A stretch of DNA of 55,272 nt, counting the filler, from Blastocystis sp. subtype 4 (Eukaryota): the NCBI RefSeq assembly GCF_000743755.1. It is 2 parts of 2 records of this genome, joined end to end, with 100 filler letters (N's around TTAATTAATTAA, not from the genome) between each part and the next. Parts side by side here need not be neighbours in the genome. Positions count along the whole stretch, not along the records: positions 27,678 to 55,272 come from NW_014569406.1; 1 more part is not named here. One strand, written 5' to 3'. Each line of letters starts with the position of its first letter. Within the stretch, counting starts at the first letter, position 1. Shown here piece by piece: positions 49,605-55,272 of the stretch. The position numbers were made by a program, and so were the translations under genes. Below the pieces are notes generated by a model that had not been told where the DNA came from, did no database searches, and was given only the letters and a program-made list of their open reading frames with translations.

Positions 49605-49852
49605 AGTACCAAGTCATTCTAGATGAGTTGTCTCATAACGAATCAACACATATTCTAAGATATTCACTCTCTCCGGCAAGAGATTTTTCTCCCTATAGGA
49701 TACTCTATAATGGAGGGATTCACTTCGAAATAGGGAAATTCCATGGGTTCCACGTTTTATACGGCGGGTATGAACCATATTCCCACGATTCTATGAAGAA
49801 ACGTGGGCAACATATTTGCTTTTGCTAAACCCATTGTCAGCTTGAATATAAG

Positions 49853-52800
49853 ATGTTCAATACTCTAGTAAAGCGTACAGTGACATATGCTGTAAAAACG
49901 GGCAGTAAGTGTGGTACTACTGTTCCCAGAGCTGTTATTGCTCGAAACGCAAGTAANCGTAAACGTGTTGCCATCGACGGTAATGAAGCTGCTGCCCATT
50001 CGATCTATCAGGTCTCGGATGCTGCTATGCTTTTCCCTATCACCCCCTCTTCTGGAATGGGAGAGCATTGCGATAATTGGGCTAACAAGGGTCTTAAGAA
50101 TGTGTTTGGACAGACTGTGACGATTTCAGAGATGCAGGTAGGGAGTTTGAGTTTACTAGGTGTAATGAGTAGTCTGAGGCTGGTGCCGCTGGTGCCTTGC
50201 ATGGAACTCTCACAGGAGGATTGTTGGGTGCCACTTTCTCCTCTTCTCAGGGTTTGATGCTGATGATTCCCAACATGCACAAGATTGCTGGAGAACTCTT
50301 ACCTGGAGTCATTCATGTTTCTAGCCGCTCTATTTCGAGAATGACTACTTGTTTGTATTGTGATTATGGCGATGTGTTCCAGACTCGCGCTGTAGGCATG
50401 CGAGGGATCTGTTATGAATAGGCTGGATTTGCTTATCTTTCTGCTCATTCTGTTCAGGAAGCTCATGATATGGCTTTGATCGCTCATCTCTCTGCGTAGT
50501 CTCTTTATGTTTCTCTGACATGTAGTATTGAGAGCAGTGTTCCTTTTGTGCACTTCTTTGATGGTTTCCGTACTTCTCACGAGATGGCTTCGATCGAGTT
50601 GATTTCTCCTGAGGACATCAAATCTATCTTCCCTTTCGAAAAGGCATTGGAACATAAGAATCGTGGAACGAATCCCACTCATCCCAACAGCATTGGTGTG
50701 GCATATGGTGATGATGTGTGGATGCAGGCATGTCAGTCTCACAAGCCATATTATGATGCTGTTCCTGAAAAAGTACAAGCTGCAATGGACAAGGTGGCAA
50801 AGGTGAGTGGTCGTCAGTATCATTTGTTTGATTATGTTGGAGCAAAGGATGCAGAGAATGTGATTGTGGTGATGGGAGCTTCTGCATCAACTGCTGAGGA
50901 GACTGTGAACTATCTGAATCAACATGGCGAGAAGGTTGGTGTGATGAAGGTGCATTTGTGGCGTCCCTTCTCATTGAAGCATTTTGCTGCTGCTCTCCCT
51001 CAGACTGTGAAGAAGATTTGTGTGTTGGATAAGGTGCGTGAGGATAATGCTTATGGTGACCCATTGTATCTGGATGTGAACTGTGCAGTGAATGATATGG
51101 ATCGGAATATCCGGGTGTTGGCTGGTGAGTTTGGTATTGGAGGTAAGGAGTTCACTCCCAATCTGGTTCAAGCTGTATTTGAGAATATGAAGAGTGCTTC
51201 ACCTAAGAATCACTTCACATTGGGAGTGGATGATGATGTGGGTCATACATCTCTCCCTATTCCTCCTCCTCTGAATACTCTTCCTTCCTCTGTGAAGCAA
51301 TGTATTCTCTATGGTCTGGGTTCTGATGGTACTGTGGGAGCTACTCAAGAGGCCATCAAGCTGATTGTAGCAAACACAGATCTGTATGCTCAAGCGAACT
51401 TTGGTTTTGATGCTCACAAGTCAGGTGGTCTGACTGTGACTCATGTGCGATTTGGTCCTGAGCCTATTAAGGCTGAGTATAATATTCAGGATGCTGATTA
51501 CATTGGATGCCATCTAGCGAGTTATGTCCACAAGTATAACATGGTACAGAACCTGAAGGAAGGTGGTACTTTTGTGTTGAATGCTCCTTGGAAGACTGTG
51601 GAGGAGTTGGATGCAAATCTGCCTCCTGCTCTGAAGCGTCAATTGGCTGAGAAGAAGGCTCAATTGTATGTGATTGATGCCACCTCTGTAGCTCAGAAGG
51701 TGGGTCTGCGTCAGCGTATCAACATGGTGATGCAGGCTGTGTTCTTCAAACTGTCGAATGTGTTGCCTGAGGCTCAGGCCACTGAGCTGATTGCCAACAA
51801 TATCCGTCAGCGTTATGCTAAGAAGGGTCAGGCAGTGGTGGATATGAATATCACAGCTATGGAACAAGCTGGAAAGGAGTTGATTCAGATCCAGGTGCCT
51901 GAGTCTTGGAAGAACTGTGAGATGGCTCCTCTTCGTACCTTCAGTAAGGATGTTCCTAAGGAGTTCACAGACTTATTCTATCCTACCACTCTGTTGGAGG
52001 GTGATCAGTTCCCTGTATCGAAGTTCACACCTGGAGGTATTCAAATGACCAACACTTCTAAGTATGAGAAGCGTGGATTTGCTGTATCAGTCCCTGTATG
52101 GAATAAGGATACATGCACACAGTGTAATCAGTGTTCAGTGATGTGTCCTCATGCTGTTATCCGTCCCTTCCTGATGGATGCTGAGGAGACGAAGAAGGCT
52201 CCTGCTGCCTTTGCTTCACTTCCTGCTGTGGGTGATGAATTGAAGGGATTGAACTTCCGTATCCAGGCCTCTCCTCTGGATTGTACTGGCTGTGAGGTGT
52301 GTGTGAATGTGTGTCCCACTCAGTCTCTATCAATGAAGCCTCTGAGTGAAGTGTCAAAGGAACAGAGTGATAACTGGGAGTTTGCTATGACATTGACAAA
52401 TAAGGGTCATTTGGTGGATAAGACAACGGTGAAGGGCTCACAGTTCCAACCTCCAATGATTGAGTTCAATGGAGCTTGTGCTGGTTGTGGAGAAACTCAG
52501 TATGTGAAGATGTTGACTCAGCTGTTTGGAAGTAAGATGGTGTTGGCTGATGCAATGGGTTGTTCGATGGTATGGGGAGGTACTTCTGGTTTGATTCCAT
52601 TCACTAAGGATTCAAAGGGATATGGTCCTGTCTGGTGTTCTTCTCTATTTGAGGATCATGCTGAGTATGGTTATGGTATTGTGAAGGCCAATCAGATCAA
52701 GCGTCAGCGTCTCCAGAGTAATATTGAAACAGCTCTACAAAGTGATGCCTCAAATGAGTTGAAGACATGTATGAAGCAATGGCTAGAACATAAGGATGAC

Positions 52801-53607
52801 AAGGCTGTATGTGATGATCTGTTTGAGACAATGATGCCTCTGTTGGAGAAGGAGAGTTCGAAGCCTGCTGTGAAGGCTGTGAAGGACTATGCTGATATGT
52901 TGCCTGTGATTACAACTTGGCTATATGGAGGTGATGGATGGGCTTATGATATTGGTTTTGGTGGTTTGGATCATGTGTTGGCTTCGGGTGAGAATGTGAA
53001 GATTATGATTCTGGATACAGAGATGTACGCCAACACTGGAGGTCAGCAGTCAAAGGCTACACAGATGTCAGCTGTAGCAAAGTTTGCTGCTGGAGGCAAG
53101 CGTCAGATGAAGAAGGATATGGGTCGTGTGGCAATGAATTACAAGAATATCTATGTGGCATCGATTGCTATTGGTGCAGATGCTCGTCAGGCCATTAAGG
53201 CTCTAACAGAAGCCAACTCCTACAATGGACCTGCTCTGATTATTGCTTATTCACCTTGTCAGCAGCATGGAATGCCTTCTCAATTGGGTATGTCTCATCA
53301 GGCTGATGAACAGCGTAAGGCTGTGGAGTGTGGTTACTGGCCTCTGTATCGTTACGATCCTCGTCGTGCTGAGAAGGGTGAGAATCCATTCCAGCTGGAC
53401 TTCAAGAAGCTGAAGGGCAAGGTAAATGACTTCCTGGAGGGAGAGAATCGATTCTCAGTCCTGACTCGTCAGAATCCTGAGATGGCTAAGTTCCTTCATG
53501 AGGAGTTACAGACTGAAGTAGAGAAGAGACATGCAGAGCGTGTGAGAATGGCAATGTCGGATAAACAGCTGTACAAGGAGTTGAGCAAGACCTTTGGAAA
53601 GAAGTAA
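49853..53607 (+). CDS. PFO: Pyruvate:ferredoxin oxidoreductase with N-terminal mitochondrial targeting peptide
   Basis: DGNEAAA, FPITPSS, HFFDGFRTSHE, two CxxCxxCxxxCP ferredoxin motifs, GGDGWAYDIG TPP motif; Arg/Lys-rich presequence lacking acidic residues; three short introns near the 5' end. Confidence 0.97.
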
Positions 53608-53664
53608 GTGTCACTTTTTGTTTTGTGTTGTTTGTTGGATGATTGAGTGAAAACAGTTTCTAAA

Positions 53665-54815
53665 TCAAAAGCTTAACAATCCTCGGATATACCAAGGATT
53701 CTTCACATTAAAACAAAACACCATGAATAATAGACAAACAGAGATAATAGCTAGACATGTTGATATTGTATCTGATAGAGAATTCTCATGTTCTACAGAT
53801 TTCTTATCTAAAGAGAGCAAGGTAATGAATTGGGAGGATATGAAGATAACTATAATGGAATCAGAACTCAATATGTACTTGTACAACCATACAACACTCC
53901 TTCAACAACAGTAGCTCCTCGTACAGAAAAGAGACTCACTCCTTGACGTGTTACAGAAACCAATGGAGCACCACGAAATAGATCATAAAGAATACCAGAG
54001 ACAACAATGATCATACTACAATCAAGAGAATAGGAGAATACTACAAACCATAACAAATATGATACCAGGCCTGATGATCGCCAAAGAACGAATAGAAGAA
54101 ATCAACATGAAACAGAAAGGTATATCCGAAGACAATTAGCAATATTGCAGCAAGAACTATAACTAATAGAGTGAGAAACATATCCGAGTCATCAATAAAC
54201 TAGAAATGAATAAAAGAGGGAAATTCAACCTCCACTCCTGTAATACGAGTTAGAAAACGTTGAATCTCACTCTCTGTGAACACTGTGTCATCCTTTTCGA
54301 TCACCAACAAACTTCTCTCTTCTTCTGTTATCTGATTCTCAATCAGTCTAGTCTCTCCTACCTCGGATATGGGATGATTTTCAGGTAAATACACTAAAGA
54401 AGGATATGAAGTGAGTCCCAAAACATCGAAAAGTTCTGGATCCTCTTCTAATGTAATGACCATGAAGATTACATGGTGATCTCTCAAGTTCATCTTGTTC
54501 CATCGTTGAGCAGTCTTTGCAAATGCATCATTTGAATTTCTAATCATCATATTCATTTATTTCATTCAATACACACACGAAATACATTCATTTGGAGTCT
54601 TCGTATAGGAAAACAGCAGAACCGTATCATAATCACGCATATGACCCACAACATATTCATTGAACTGATCTTCAGTCAATACAGCAGTATTTTGATGAGT
54701 TAGAATTGACATCTCGAGATAGTCACTCTGGGAAAATAAGGTTACAAATTGAATTAAATACTCTGGAAAATGTCACAAATGACAGCAGAAGCAAGATCCA
54801 CAACCCTAGTAACAT
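53665..54815 (-). CDS. Oligosaccharyltransferase subunit OST3/OST6 (TUSC3/MAGT1 family)
   Basis: Signal peptide, thioredoxin-like ELFDVLGLTSYPSLVY, SGILYDLFRGAP, C-terminal FNVKNPWY. Confidence 0.8.
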
Positions 54816-54910
54816 TTCTTTGAGAAGAGATTTAGTTGTGTTCCAGAGATTGATTTGAGTGTATTAAGTGTGTTTGGAATTCTATCTTTTGACTCTTTCA
54901 TTTCTTTCTA

Positions 54911-55161
54911 ATGGCTATTTTTAATAAACTTCTAAAGGAAAATGATCCTTACAATATGAATAATCTCAAGTTTGAGACAATCAAGAAATGAATGAGCAGT
55001 GATCAGAGATATCTTGATAATCAACATTCTCACACTAGAAGGGTTCTGCGAATAGATATTGAGTCCCGTGATTCTCGTCTAAAGTTGATTCCATTCACTC
55101 CAAGAAGCCATCAGATTGTTCAACCAGCTGATTATTTCGATAAACAAATGGTGAAGTATAG
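54911..55161 (+). CDS. Possible 5' part of a hypothetical gene
   Basis: ATG 54911 and an open frame RYLDNQHSHTRRVLRIDIESRD..; splicing not resolved. Confidence 0.25.
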
Positions 55162-55272
55162 GTAGGTGTTGTGAATTGAAGTTGATTTGGATTTGAGAAA
55201 GGAGGTGTTGTTTTTGGTCTGAAGTGAGTGATTTGTGTATATGATGATTGTTTCTTAACGATGAATGTAGTA

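Noticed and set aside
49825..49833. CTAAACCC as a telomerase RNA template
   Set aside because: Only 8 nt of match, and it breaks at the ninth base; expected by chance
50299..52357. Minus-strand ORFs inside PFO
   Set aside because: Antisense shadows of a strongly biased CDS
1211..54556. Fragmented ORFs interpreted as pseudogenes or an alternative genetic code
   Set aside because: Where traced, the in-frame stops fall inside ~30-nt GT-AG introns whose removal restores conserved proteins under the standard code

Overview
Eukaryotic, AT-rich and very gene-dense DNA with dozens of ~30-nt GT-AG introns, almost certainly from the anaerobic gut stramenopile Blastocystis. That assignment is an inference from the intron size, the TGTTTGTT 3'-end element and a mitochondrion-targeted pyruvate:ferredoxin oxidoreductase. 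Two contigs are joined by an artificial N-linker (27578-27677). Genes recognised by eye after manual splicing: two paralogous secreted-protein genes flanking the first contig, MON1, an internally deleted 5S rRNA copy, a giant type II LRR membrane protein, a WD40-like protein, a putative-Ig/PA14 surface protein, a SAP-containing INCENP, rpS7, SPC3, APC8/CDC23, a MORN-LRR protein, FANCI, a CHD remodeller with a FYR domain, MEA1-like, POP1, UPF0390, an ARM-like protein, an atypical T-x-H MAPK with a CAAX box, a DHHC palmitoyltransferase, PIG-C-like, RPB5, Fcf2, VDAC, TMEM209/Pom34 with an FG/QN insert, a CCCH zinc-finger protein, a pseudo-receiver-domain protein, PFO and OST3/6. The dominant unusual system: in at least nine genes a lone in-frame T lies exactly 4 nt upstream of TGTTTGTT (or a 1-nt variant), so the UAA stop is predicted to be made by polyadenylation, a phenomenon already known in Blastocystis. 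Most of these nine also carry an in-frame backup stop formed by the motif's last T. Exon boundaries were deduced manually and are approximate.
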